This document shows positions 26,352 to 34,845 of a stretch of DNA of 64,000 nt, piece after piece; position 1 is the stretch's first letter, and each line of letters begins with the position of its first letter. This DNA is from Pyrinomonadaceae bacterium (GTDB lineage: Bacteria; Acidobacteriota; Blastocatellia; Pyrinomonadales; Pyrinomonadaceae). The position numbers were made by a program, and so were the translations under genes. The stretch is taken from NCBI GenBank assembly GCA_021463165.1, contig JAJTWY010000011.1, positions 4,072 through 68,071 on the forward strand, read 5' to 3'. The notes beneath the pieces are model-generated. The model saw only the letters and a list, made by a program, of their open reading frames with translations, did no database searches and had not been told where the DNA came from.

Positions 26352-26755
26352 GTGCTGTGGTCACTGATACCCACGCCTTGCTTTGGTATCTCAGTAATTC
26401 AAGCAAGCTTTCGCGGGATGCTTCGAATGCTCTCGAAAATGCAGAGCAAAATGGATATCCAATTTATGTTCCGGCTATTAGCCTGATCGAACTGCGTTAT
26501 CTGGTCGAAAAGGGGCTTGATATTGAGGAACGCGATTTCCGGCTGGTGATCGAGAAATTGAATAGTCCGCAGAGCGCTTTGACCTTTGCTCCGTTAAGCC
26601 AGGGAACAGCCGAAGACCTCTATCAAATACCACGCTCCATCGTTCCCGATATGCCGGACCGCCTTATTGCAGCAACCGCCTACAACCTCGATCTGCCGCT
26701 GATCAGCATAGATATAAGCATCCGCAACCTGAAAAACGTCACGGTTATCTGGTAA
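26348..26755 (+). CDS. PIN domain toxin (VapC-like)
   Basis: 135 aa from the ATG at 26348. VVTDTHALLWYL and the later acidic residues (ISLIEL, PDRLIAATA) fit the PIN fold. The ORF track gives a longer upstream start at 26318. Confidence 0.75.
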   Translation: MSAVVTDTHALLWYLSNSSKLSRDASNALENAEQNGYPIYVPAISLIELRYLVEKGLDIEERDFRLVIEKLNSPQSALTFAPLSQGTAEDLYQIPRSIVPDMPDRLIAATAYNLDLPLISIDISIRNLKNVTVIW

Positions 26756-26835
26756 TACGTTAGTTCAATGCCTGTGATCAGCAGATATAGCCGTCACCGG
26801 CAAGACGACCATAACTTTTCCCGGCGCCGCCATTG

Positions 26836-27000
26836 TCGTACCAATGCACATTCTCATCATAAAACTCGGCAGTATCGGGGACATTATTCACACGCTGCCG
26901 TTGCTGGCGGCGATTCGGGCGGCGTTGCCGGATGGCGAGATCTCGTGGGTTGTCGAGGAGCGGTCGGCGGAGGTATCTTACGGCGGGATGGGCTGATCGA
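26836..27000. repeat. direct repeat copy 1: duplicated 5' end of the GT9 gene
   Basis: Near-identical to 27910-28074. The first 57 nt from the ATG are identical. After that there are a few substitutions, a 2-nt insertion (GT) and increasing divergence. Confidence 0.85.
26844..26996 (+). pseudogene. truncated 5' fragment of the glycosyltransferase family 9 gene
   Basis: It translates to MHILIIKLGSIGDIIHTLPLLAAIRAALPDGEISWVVEERSAEVSYGGMG*. This matches the first ~43 aa of the intact GT9 at 27918, then frameshifts and stops. Confidence 0.8.
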
Positions 27001-27047
27001 CGAAACGGTGTGATCTAAGAACTAATTTAAGCGAGCTTCCGACAAGT

Positions 27048-27887
27048 ATGAAAGATGAACAGACAATAGCGGCTTTTCAGGAGTACCAGATACGGCGTTG
27101 GTACGATGAGGGCGAGGAAAAGTGGTATTTCTCAGTGATAGATGTTGTGGGAGCTTTGTCCGATAGCGCGAATGCGCGGGATTATTGGTTCAAGATGAAG
27201 ATTCGGGTCAAGGCTGATGACGGTTTTGAACTGTCGACGATTTGTCGACAGTTGAAAATGAAAGCCCCAGACGGGAAAATGCGCGAAACGGATTGTTCGG
27301 ACGCTCAGGGCTTGCTCCGGATCATCCAATCAATTCCTTCACCGAAGGCCGAGCCGTTCAAGCAATGGCTGGCAAAGGTTGGTTATGAAAGGCTTCAGGA
27401 GATGGGCGATCCGGCTCGTTCGCTTGATCGGGCTCGCGAAAACTGGCAGCGGCAAGGTCGCAGCGAAAAGTGGATCCAACAGCGGATGACCGGCCAGGAA
27501 ACCCGCAATAAGCTGACTGACTATTGGAAAGATCACGGTGTTATGGGTGATGAGTATGCGTTGCTGACGAATATCATCCATCAGGAATGGAGCGATGTTA
27601 GCGTAAAGCAGCACAAACAGATCAATGGACTGAAAACGCAGAACCTGCGCGACCACATGAGTGAGGCGGAACTACTATTTACTGCCCTGGCTGAACTGAC
27701 AACCCGGCAAATTGCAGAACGCGACCGGGCCGAAGGTTTTCCGGAAAATGTCGACTCCGGTCGTAAAGGCGGGCGCGTCGCGAAGCGGGCCCGCCTCGAT
27801 TTTGAATTGGAAACCGGTAACAAGGTCGTATCGAGTGATAACTTTCTGCCCACGACACCAGAGAAGAAAAGACTAAAAAAAGGATAA
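27048..27887 (+). CDS. Bro-N domain protein, DinD/antirepressor-like
   Basis: 279 aa. The Bro-N-like N-terminus is FQEYQIRRWYDEGEEKWYFSVIDVVGAL. The C-terminal region resembles the DNA-damage-inducible protein D architecture (from memory, no search run). Confidence 0.65.
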   Translation: MKDEQTIAAFQEYQIRRWYDEGEEKWYFSVIDVVGALSDSANARDYWFKMKIRVKADDGFELSTICRQLKMKAPDGKMRETDCSDAQGLLRIIQSIPSPKAEPFKQWLAKVGYERLQEMGDPARSLDRARENWQRQGRSEKWIQQRMTGQETRNKLTDYWKDHGVMGDEYALLTNIIHQEWSDVSVKQHKQINGLKTQNLRDHMSEAELLFTALAELTTRQIAERDRAEGFPENVDSGRKGGRVAKRARLDFELETGNKVVSSDNFLPTTPEKKRLKKG

Positions 27888-27909
27888 CCGTTCAGTCGCG
27901 ACTTCGTCC

Positions 27910-28074
27910 TCGTACCAATGCACATTCTCATCATAAAACTCGGCAGTATCGGGGACATTATTCACACGCTGCCGTCGCTTGCGGCGCTTCGGGCGGTGTT
28001 GCCGGATGGCGAGATCTCGTGGGTTGTCGAGGAGCGGTCGGCGGAGATCTTGCGGGGGAACGCGTTGATCGACA
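27910..28074. repeat. direct repeat copy 2: 5' end of the intact GT9 gene
   Basis: See 26836-27000. Confidence 0.85.
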
Positions 28075-29039
28075 ATTTGATCGAGGTCGATACCAAGAGC
28101 CTGCGGAGCGGGAAGGTCATTGAGGAGATATTGCTGGGAGTAACGAAGCAGATAAAAGAGCTACGGCAATACAGTTTCGATATTTCGATCGATTTTCAGG
28201 GGCTTTGGAAATCGGCGGCGATAGGGAAGCTGTCGGGAGCGAAGCGGCGGTTCGGGTTTGATAAAGACGGGCTTCGCGAGGCTTCGAGCAGGGTTTTGCT
28301 GACCGATCAGATCGCGGTTTCGTCCGGGATCCATGTGATCAGGAAGAATCTTGCACTGGCGGCCGGCGCATTGGGCGTCGAGATCCCAGATACGGATCTT
28401 GAGTTTCCGATCGCGACCTCGGCCGAGTATATCGCCGAGGCAGATGCGATAGTCGCTGCGACCGAATACACAGGCCCAGGCTCGGGCGGGGATGGAACAC
28501 GTATGTCGGAGGGGTCGCCCTTGCCGACGCGTGGACTTTCGGAGAAAGGAGGCTTCGCGGTACTCAATCCCGCCGGCGGGTGGGTGACGAAGCTCTGGCA
28601 TGCGGAAAAATATGGCGAACTCGCCGACCGCATCTGGGAGGAACACGCCATGCCGTCGCTCCTTGTTACGGGCCCTAACGAGTCCGATCTGGCCGAGCGT
28701 GCGGCGGCAAGGAGCCATTCCGGTAAGCTGACCCTGGCCGAACCGAGTTTGAAAGGCTTTTACGAGATCGCAAAACGGGCGGAAGTTTACGTCGGCGGCG
28801 ACACCGGCCCGACCCATATAGCGGTTGCGGCCGGCGCCCCGATAGTCGGAATTTTCGGGCCAACAGAATGGTGGCGAAACGGCAGCCCGCGGTCGGAAGA
28901 TATCTGTGTGGAACGGGACGACATTGATTGCCGTGTGGATTGCCACCGCCGGTCGTGCTCAAATTGGATCTGCATGGACATCAGCGTGGAAACAGTTTTG
29001 GAGGCCGTTGGCAGAAGGCTAGCGCGGACTCACCGGTGA
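27918..29039 (+). CDS. glycosyltransferase family 9 (heptosyltransferase-like)
   Basis: 373 aa. The N-terminus MHILIIKLGSIGDIIHTLP, plus W..E.....L and the C-terminal GGDTGPTHIA block, are typical of GT9. Confidence 0.85.
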   Translation: MHILIIKLGSIGDIIHTLPSLAALRAVLPDGEISWVVEERSAEILRGNALIDNLIEVDTKSLRSGKVIEEILLGVTKQIKELRQYSFDISIDFQGLWKSAAIGKLSGAKRRFGFDKDGLREASSRVLLTDQIAVSSGIHVIRKNLALAAGALGVEIPDTDLEFPIATSAEYIAEADAIVAATEYTGPGSGGDGTRMSEGSPLPTRGLSEKGGFAVLNPAGGWVTKLWHAEKYGELADRIWEEHAMPSLLVTGPNESDLAERAAARSHSGKLTLAEPSLKGFYEIAKRAEVYVGGDTGPTHIAVAAGAPIVGIFGPTEWWRNGSPRSEDICVERDDIDCRVDCHRRSCSNWICMDISVETVLEAVGRRLARTHR

Positions 29040-29070
29040 ATGGGCCGGTTGATCCAACGGATACGGATAG

Positions 29071-29625
29071 TTGCACATGATCAACTTCGATAAAAGGCTG
29101 GTGCAGCGGATCCGAGTGCCGCTCGGGTTCATTTTTGCCATTGTCTTCCTGATCTTTGCCCGGCCGACGGTGCTGACGCTGGCGATAGGGTCGGTGATCG
29201 CCCTGGTGGGCGTGCTGATCAGGGGCTGGGCGTCGGGACACATTAGAAAGGCAAAGAAACTCGCCGTCAGCGGCCCGTACGGCTACACGCGGAACCCCTT
29301 GTACCTTGGCTCTTTGTTCATCGGCCTCGGCTTTTCGGCCGCTGCCGGTGTTTGGTGGCTCGCATTGGTCTTTTGTGTCTTGTTCCTCGGCATCTATTTA
29401 CCCGTGATGCGCGTCGAAATAGGTGATATGCGCCGGATATTTGGCGAGGAGTTTGACGAGTACGAGCAGAATGTTCCCTTGCTGCTTCCGCGTTTTACCG
29501 CGTGGAAAAATACGGGCGAGGCATTCGATTTTCAGCTATACTTGCAATATCGCGAGTACCGGGCCTTGATAGGGGCGGCTGTGGTTCTTGTTATCCTTTC
29601 CCTGAAGGCGTTTTTTCTCGCGTGA
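29071..29625 (+). CDS. isoprenylcysteine carboxyl / phospholipid methyltransferase family membrane protein
   Basis: 184 aa, multi-TM. The GPYGYTRNPLYLGSLF motif matches the ICMT/PEMT family. Confidence 0.7.
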   Translation: MHMINFDKRLVQRIRVPLGFIFAIVFLIFARPTVLTLAIGSVIALVGVLIRGWASGHIRKAKKLAVSGPYGYTRNPLYLGSLFIGLGFSAAAGVWWLALVFCVLFLGIYLPVMRVEIGDMRRIFGEEFDEYEQNVPLLLPRFTAWKNTGEAFDFQLYLQYREYRALIGAAVVLVILSLKAFFLA

Positions 29626-29627
29626 TT

Positions 29628-30458
29628 ATGCGGTCAATGTTGCTAAGATCTTTTGGGCTTCTTCTTGCGTTCGCCGTCGCGACCATCTCGGCCACGGCAC
29701 AGAACTACAGCGCGACCTCGGCGGTCGAGAATAAACCGCCGCCGCTGTCCGGAAAACGGTTCATCGGCGAGAAGCTTACATTCGAGGGCAAGGTCAGCCG
29801 TCTCCGAATAAGCATGGCGATCGCTGACCTCGTTTTCACCGCCGCTGCGGGAAAGAATGAGAACGAGCTTTCCATTAAGACGGTTGCTACGTCAAAGGGC
29901 ACGATGCTCAAGCTTTTTCGATACAGCTTCCTTCAGGAATATGAATCGACCGTTGACTTGAACACCTTTCGGATCCTGACGACGACCAAACACGACGTAC
30001 AAAAGCAGCGGGTTCGGGACAGCGAAGCGATCTTCGACTATGACGCCAAGCGCGTTACCTATGTTGAGACCGACCCGAAAGACAGCACTCGGCCGCCGCG
30101 GCGTATCGCCTCCGAAATAACCGATACGGTGAATGATATGGTCTCGGTCATTTATGCGCTCCGGATGCAGGAAATGGCGGTGGGCAAGAGGTTCGAGTTT
30201 GCCGTTAGCGATTCGGGCCTGGTTTACAAGGTCCCGGTCTCAATTGTTAAGCGGGAACAGGTTTCCACGCCGCTCGGAAAGCTTTGGTGCTATCGGGTAG
30301 AACCCGATATCTTCGGCCCCGGCCGGCTGATCGAAAGAAAAGGCAAGATGGTTCTCTGGATCACCGAGGATGCCCGCAAGCTGCCCGTCAGGTCGCAGGT
30401 GGATACGGAATACGGCAAGGTTGATATCCGTCTGAAGTCAGCGGCCGGACCGACATAG
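29628..30458 (+). CDS. DUF3108 domain protein (secreted)
   Basis: A signal peptide (MRSMLLRSFGLLLAFAVATISATA) is followed by a beta-rich sequence of DUF3108 type. The ATG at 29628 avoids a 124-nt overlap with the upstream gene. Confidence 0.6.
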   Translation: MRSMLLRSFGLLLAFAVATISATAQNYSATSAVENKPPPLSGKRFIGEKLTFEGKVSRLRISMAIADLVFTAAAGKNENELSIKTVATSKGTMLKLFRYSFLQEYESTVDLNTFRILTTTKHDVQKQRVRDSEAIFDYDAKRVTYVETDPKDSTRPPRRIASEITDTVNDMVSVIYALRMQEMAVGKRFEFAVSDSGLVYKVPVSIVKREQVSTPLGKLWCYRVEPDIFGPGRLIERKGKMVLWITEDARKLPVRSQVDTEYGKVDIRLKSAAGPT

Positions 30459-30489
30459 AATTAGCCACGCTTGTAACTTCGTCGAAAAG

Positions 30490-30522
30490 CCCGCATACTT
30501 TAGTATTGCGGTCTTTTGTTTT
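30490..30522 (+). terminator. weak hairpin plus T-run after the DUF3108 gene
   Basis: CCGCA...TGCGG short stem followed by TCTTTTGTTTT. Confidence 0.35.
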
Positions 30523-31740
30523 ATGGCTACGAGAACGGATAAAAAGAAAGCGGAATCGACAACGGCAACGGCCAAAGCGGCTGTAGATCCTTTTGAATCG
30601 GTCGTTGAGGTCATCTCGACAAAGAAGCGGACAACACGCAATACTGCCGTCGAAGTAAAGGCGGTCGCGGACGAGGCTCCGATCAAGAAGACGCGGAAGT
30701 CGAAGAAAACGATCGAGACCGACCCATTTGCCGTCGTTGCTGCTCCGGCTTCAACGGGGAAGAAGACCCGAGCGGCCTCGGGCAAGGCGACGACCAAGCG
30801 GAAGAAGCCGACCCTGGACGTAACGAAGGACCTTGCGGCTGAAGAGCCGAAAGTCGAGGTCTCACCGGTCTTCAAGGCACTCTCCGAGGTCAAGCTGCCT
30901 GAACTCGGACGCGAGAATCGCGCGAGGCTTCAGATGCAGACGCCGACGCGACTCTATTTCTACTGGTCGGTCAAGGAGAACCCGTGGTCGCAGCTCACCA
31001 GAGTCTTTGGCGATGACCTGGGCAACTACACCCTCGTCCTCAAGCTGATCGACCAAACATTTGGATACGAAGAGATCCATCCCTGCGATGCGGAAGGGAA
31101 CTGGTGGTTCGATGTGGAACCTGACCGGAAGTACCGGGCCGAGATCGGCTTCTACGCAACGGGACGGCCATACTTCAGGATCCTTCACTCGAATTCGGTC
31201 GAAACGCCGCGCCGCAGCCCCAGCCCGAGGGCGGCCACAGAGGCCGATTGGAAGGTTTCCGCAACGAAGTTTGCCGAGGTGCTCGATGTCGCCGGATTTT
31301 CGCGGGATGCCTTCGATGTCGCGATGGCGGGCGACGATATGGGACTTGCCGAAGACGCGTCCTATCGTGCCTTCAGGAGCTTTGTTGGCCGCGAGATCGG
31401 GCTCGAAGGAATATCGGCTGACGAGATCAGATATGCTCTGCTCGCATTGGCGTCAGGCATTTCTCTCGATGAACTCCGATCCAGGGTCAGCCCGGCGCTC
31501 TTTTCGATCCTGCAGGCCAATAGCGGCGAGCTAAACGCCGGAAATGCGATCAGCTCGCTTACAGAGCACTTCGAGATCGAGGAGACGGAGTTCGTCGAAG
31601 AGGAATTCGGCCCTGCGGTGTTTGGAGCGAGTCGCGTCAGTTTCCCAAAGGAGTTAAAGACTCGAACGGTTTCGAGCAAAAAGCCGGGTATCGAGTTTTC
31701 ACCAAGGTACAATCCGGTCAGTTCGCATAGCATTCGATAG
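30523..31740 (+). CDS. DUF4912 domain protein with Lys/Thr/Ala-rich N-terminal region
   Basis: 405 aa. The RLYFYWSVKENPW block and its position directly upstream of a GH57 gene are typical of DUF4912. Confidence 0.65.
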   Translation: MATRTDKKKAESTTATAKAAVDPFESVVEVISTKKRTTRNTAVEVKAVADEAPIKKTRKSKKTIETDPFAVVAAPASTGKKTRAASGKATTKRKKPTLDVTKDLAAEEPKVEVSPVFKALSEVKLPELGRENRARLQMQTPTRLYFYWSVKENPWSQLTRVFGDDLGNYTLVLKLIDQTFGYEEIHPCDAEGNWWFDVEPDRKYRAEIGFYATGRPYFRILHSNSVETPRRSPSPRAATEADWKVSATKFAEVLDVAGFSRDAFDVAMAGDDMGLAEDASYRAFRSFVGREIGLEGISADEIRYALLALASGISLDELRSRVSPALFSILQANSGELNAGNAISSLTEHFEIEETEFVEEEFGPAVFGASRVSFPKELKTRTVSSKKPGIEFSPRYNPVSSHSIR

Positions 31741-31779
31741 TTTTTCGGTTACTAGTGTTCGATCCAAAACGGGGATAGG

Positions 31780-31813
31780 CAGGATGAATAGGATCTCTTC
31801 ATCCTGTTTATCT
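31780..31813 (+). terminator. hairpin plus T-rich tract between the DUF4912 and GH57 genes
   Basis: A 9-bp stem pairs CAGGATGAA (31780-31788) with TTCATCCTG (31798-31806) around a 9-nt loop. TTTATCTT follows. Confidence 0.45.
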
Positions 31814-31845
31814 TGTCGATCCTGTTAAGATCTGGTGGACCATTT

Positions 31846-33504
31846 ATGCCGGCTGGATACTTTAGTCTGATCCTTCACGCTCACCTCCCGTTTGTCCGGC
31901 ATCCAGAATATCCCGAATTCCTTGAGGAAGATTGGCTCTACGAAGCTATTACCGAGGTCTATCTTCCGCTTATCTTTATCTTCCAATCGCTGCATGAACA
32001 GGACATCAAGCCTCGCCTCGCGATGAATGTTTCGCCGCCGCTCTGCGAAATGCTTGCCGACCCGCTGCTTCAGGAACGCTATACGCGGCATATCGAAAAC
32101 CTGCTCGAACTGGCGCGAAAGGAAGAGCACCGAACCCGCAAGGAAGATCAGCCGTTTCACGCCGCCGCGAAGATGTATGTCGAGAATCTCTCGGCCTCGC
32201 TCGATCTTTGGAACGACCGTTACAACCGCAACCTTGTGAATGCCTTTCGCGAACTGCAGGACGAAGGCGTGTTAGAGATCATCACCTGCTGCGCGACGCA
32301 CGGATTCTTGCCGCTCATCTCGACCCGCGAATCCCGCCGGGCACAGGTCGAGATCGCGGTCGCAAATTATAAGAAGCATTTCGGGCGACAGCCGCGCGGG
32401 ATCTGGCTCGCCGAGTGTGCGTATGAGCCGGGCGTCGAAGGCCTCCTGGAGGCGAACGGGATCGAATATTTCATCAGCGATACCCATGCGATCCTTTACG
32501 GCGATCCGCGGCCGCGTTACGGCGTCCATGCTCCCGTTGTATGCCCGAACGGTACTGCGGTCTTCGCCCGCGACGTCGATACCAGCCAGCAAGTCTGGTC
32601 GGCCGAGATCGGCTATCCGGGCAACGACCTCTACCGCGAGTTTTACAGGGATATCGGCTGGGATGCTCCGTATGAATACTTAAAGCCTCACCTGCATTCC
32701 AGTGGTGAACGCCGCCACCTCGGCCTGAAATATCACAGGATCACCGGCCGGGATGTGCCGCAAAACCGCAAGGAACCGTACATTCCCGCTCTGGCCCGCG
32801 ACAAGGCGGCTGAGAACGCAATGCACTTCATCGGTGAGCGGATAAACCAGGCCCACAAACTGCGCGAAACATTCGAGGGACATCCGCCGCTCGTTGTAAG
32901 CCCTTATGATGCAGAGCTTTATGGCCACTGGTGGTTTGAAGGGCCCCAGTTCATCGATTTCTTTTTCCGGAAGATCCACTTTGACCAGAACGAGATCGAA
33001 TGTATAACGCCGGGTGATTTTCTCGACAGCGATCTCCCTATCCAGGTCCAGCGCCCGACCGCCTCGAGCTGGGGCGAGGCGGGCTACTACAAGGTCTGGA
33101 TCAACGAAGGCAACTCCTGGATGTACCCATACCAGCACGACGCCGAGCGAAAAATGACCCAGTTCGCCGACCGTTATCGCGAACCCGGCGACCTCGAACG
33201 GCGTTTGCTGGACCAGCTTGCTCGCGAACTGCTGCTTGCTCAATCCTCCGACTGGGCGTTCCAGATCTACCAGGGAACGACCGTCGAGTATTCATCGCGG
33301 CGGTTCCAGTCGCACATCCAACGCTTTAACATGCTCGCCGAGATGCTCGACCAAATGCAGAAGCCCGCGCGTAAGCAAGGGCGTAACACTCAAGACGCAG
33401 TTTTGACACCCGCCCAACTCGATCTGCTCGCCGAAATAGAATCCCGCGACAACATTTTCGCCGAGATCGACTATCGGGTTTACTGCACCGTGCCAGCAGC
33501 CTAA
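31846..33504 (+). CDS. GH57 family 1,4-alpha-glucan branching enzyme (GH57 plus DUF1957)
   Basis: GYFSLILHAHLPFVRHPE...EEDWLYEAITEVYLPL and WLAECAY and YDAELYGHWWFEG are GH57 hallmarks. I prefer the ATG at 31846. The ORF track starts at TTG 31813, inside the hairpin. Confidence 0.85.
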   Translation: MPAGYFSLILHAHLPFVRHPEYPEFLEEDWLYEAITEVYLPLIFIFQSLHEQDIKPRLAMNVSPPLCEMLADPLLQERYTRHIENLLELARKEEHRTRKEDQPFHAAAKMYVENLSASLDLWNDRYNRNLVNAFRELQDEGVLEIITCCATHGFLPLISTRESRRAQVEIAVANYKKHFGRQPRGIWLAECAYEPGVEGLLEANGIEYFISDTHAILYGDPRPRYGVHAPVVCPNGTAVFARDVDTSQQVWSAEIGYPGNDLYREFYRDIGWDAPYEYLKPHLHSSGERRHLGLKYHRITGRDVPQNRKEPYIPALARDKAAENAMHFIGERINQAHKLRETFEGHPPLVVSPYDAELYGHWWFEGPQFIDFFFRKIHFDQNEIECITPGDFLDSDLPIQVQRPTASSWGEAGYYKVWINEGNSWMYPYQHDAERKMTQFADRYREPGDLERRLLDQLARELLLAQSSDWAFQIYQGTTVEYSSRRFQSHIQRFNMLAEMLDQMQKPARKQGRNTQDAVLTPAQLDLLAEIESRDNIFAEIDYRVYCTVPAA

Positions 33505-33593
33505 CGAGGCTGCCATTACAGTGGGCAGTAGCACGAAATATGCGGTGTCAATAAATATTGGACGCTACTAAGTTCCGGCTAGAATAAGTTGAC

Positions 33594-34235
33594 ATGAGAC
33601 AGATTCCCTTTATATTTTTTCTGCTCCTGCTTTTTGTCCCAGGCGTCTGCTCTCAAACAAGTGATGTTCCGAAGATAAAAACGATAAAGGCACCAACGCC
33701 TGGATTTCCGGCTGAAGCTAACAATTTTATTTACGGAGACGCGGTTGATGTTCAGTTCATTGTCAACAAAGAAGGTAAAGTAACCGATGCCTTCGCCTAC
33801 GGTCCGTTAGCGCCTTGTTCTAACCTTAAAGACATAACTGCGAACGCCATTGCCAAGGCTGCCGTGGACGCTACAAAAGCAATGGTCTTTGAACCGATTC
33901 TCAAAGATGGAAAACCCGTCGAGATAGGATTGACAACAACATACAAACTACCCATAACAGATCCACCAGCCCGAGAGGAGCCTAAATCCAGCAGAAAGGC
34001 GCTCTACCTTGCTAAACCAGAATACAAAGCGGAAGCGAAAGCCAAGAATATTCAGGGCGAAGTAAAGATTTTGGTCCTCATCGGCGAGCAAGGCAATGTC
34101 CTCTCCGCCGGAGCCCTCTCAGGTAACCCATTACTGTTAGGCGGTGCTATTGGTCCCTCCTGCAAAGCCCGTTTTGCAAAACACTCCACAAAAGCTATTG
34201 GTGTTGTTACATATCGTTTCGTTCTAAGTAACTGA
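33594..34235 (+). CDS. secreted protein with two TonB_C-like domains
   Basis: 213 aa with a signal peptide. It has two repeats of the TonB C-terminal pattern (AVDVQFIVNKEGKV...FEP; GEVKILVLIGEQGNV...). Confidence 0.55.
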   Translation: MRQIPFIFFLLLLFVPGVCSQTSDVPKIKTIKAPTPGFPAEANNFIYGDAVDVQFIVNKEGKVTDAFAYGPLAPCSNLKDITANAIAKAAVDATKAMVFEPILKDGKPVEIGLTTTYKLPITDPPAREEPKSSRKALYLAKPEYKAEAKAKNIQGEVKILVLIGEQGNVLSAGALSGNPLLLGGAIGPSCKARFAKHSTKAIGVVTYRFVLSN

Positions 34236-34306
34236 TCGATTTAGGAGCTTAGCTAAAAGTCTACGTTCCCCGCAAGATCCGTATAAATTGTGCTAACATT
34301 CGGAAT

Positions 34307-34531
34307 ATGGACTCTCTTAAATTAGTCATAGAAAGGCATTCTGACGGTTTTGTGTCTTACCCTTTGGGTTTGAAAGGCGTAGTTGTCGGGCAGGGGGATA
34401 CTTACGAAGAAGCCTTGGCCGATGTCAGGTCAGCTATTGATTTTCATATTGAGACATTTGGTTCCGATGCTTTTGAGAGCGATTCACCAGTTCTTGAGGC
34501 ATTTATTGCAGAAATACAGCTTGCCGCATAG
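34307..34531 (+). CDS. hicB: HicB family antitoxin (UPF0150)
   Basis: 74 aa. VIERHSDGFVSYPLGLKGVVVGQGDTYEEALADVRSAIDFHIE matches the HicB N-domain. Confidence 0.8.
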   Translation: MDSLKLVIERHSDGFVSYPLGLKGVVVGQGDTYEEALADVRSAIDFHIETFGSDAFESDSPVLEAFIAEIQLAA

Positions 34532-34767
34532 TGTCAAAATTTCCCGTTGATGCTCCAAAGCAAAAGGTCGTCCGAGCTCTGGAACGGCTAGGTTTTGTCA
34601 TCATCCGCGAATGAGAACACATCGCAATGTCAAGGGAAAACGACGACGGCACTCGCACACCGCTGACCATGCCAAACCACTCCGTAATAAGATCATCCAC
34701 TCTCCGCATGATCTGTACGCAGGCAGGTATTTCCCGCGACGAATTTCTAAAGGCCTATAACGAATAA
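34531..34767 (+). pseudogene. hicA: HicA family toxin gene interrupted by an in-frame TGA
   Basis: The GTG at 34531 overlaps the hicB stop (TAGTG). The translation is VSKFPVDAPKQKVVRALERLGFVIIRE*EHIAMSRENDDGTRTPLTMPNHSVIRSSTLRMICTQAGISRDEFLKAYNE*. The TGA at 34612-34614 sits where HicA proteins normally have Gly. Confidence 0.7.
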
Positions 34768-34845
34768 CCCAAACCTTTTTGCTATTCATTTGAATAATCT
34801 TCGTCTTAAAGTTATTCTCATTATTTTGTATCTCGGAGGAAATTA

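Noticed and set aside
29502-29627. The ORF track's long N-terminal extension of the DUF3108 gene overlaps the methyltransferase gene by 124 nt.
   Set aside because: The extension lacks signal or TM features. The internal ATG at 29628 yields a canonical signal peptide immediately after the upstream stop.
34612-34614. The in-frame TGA in hicA might be a selenocysteine or programmed readthrough codon.
   Set aside because: No SECIS-like hairpin is evident downstream. The position corresponds to a conserved Gly, not Cys. A one-base GGA to TGA mutation is the simplest explanation.
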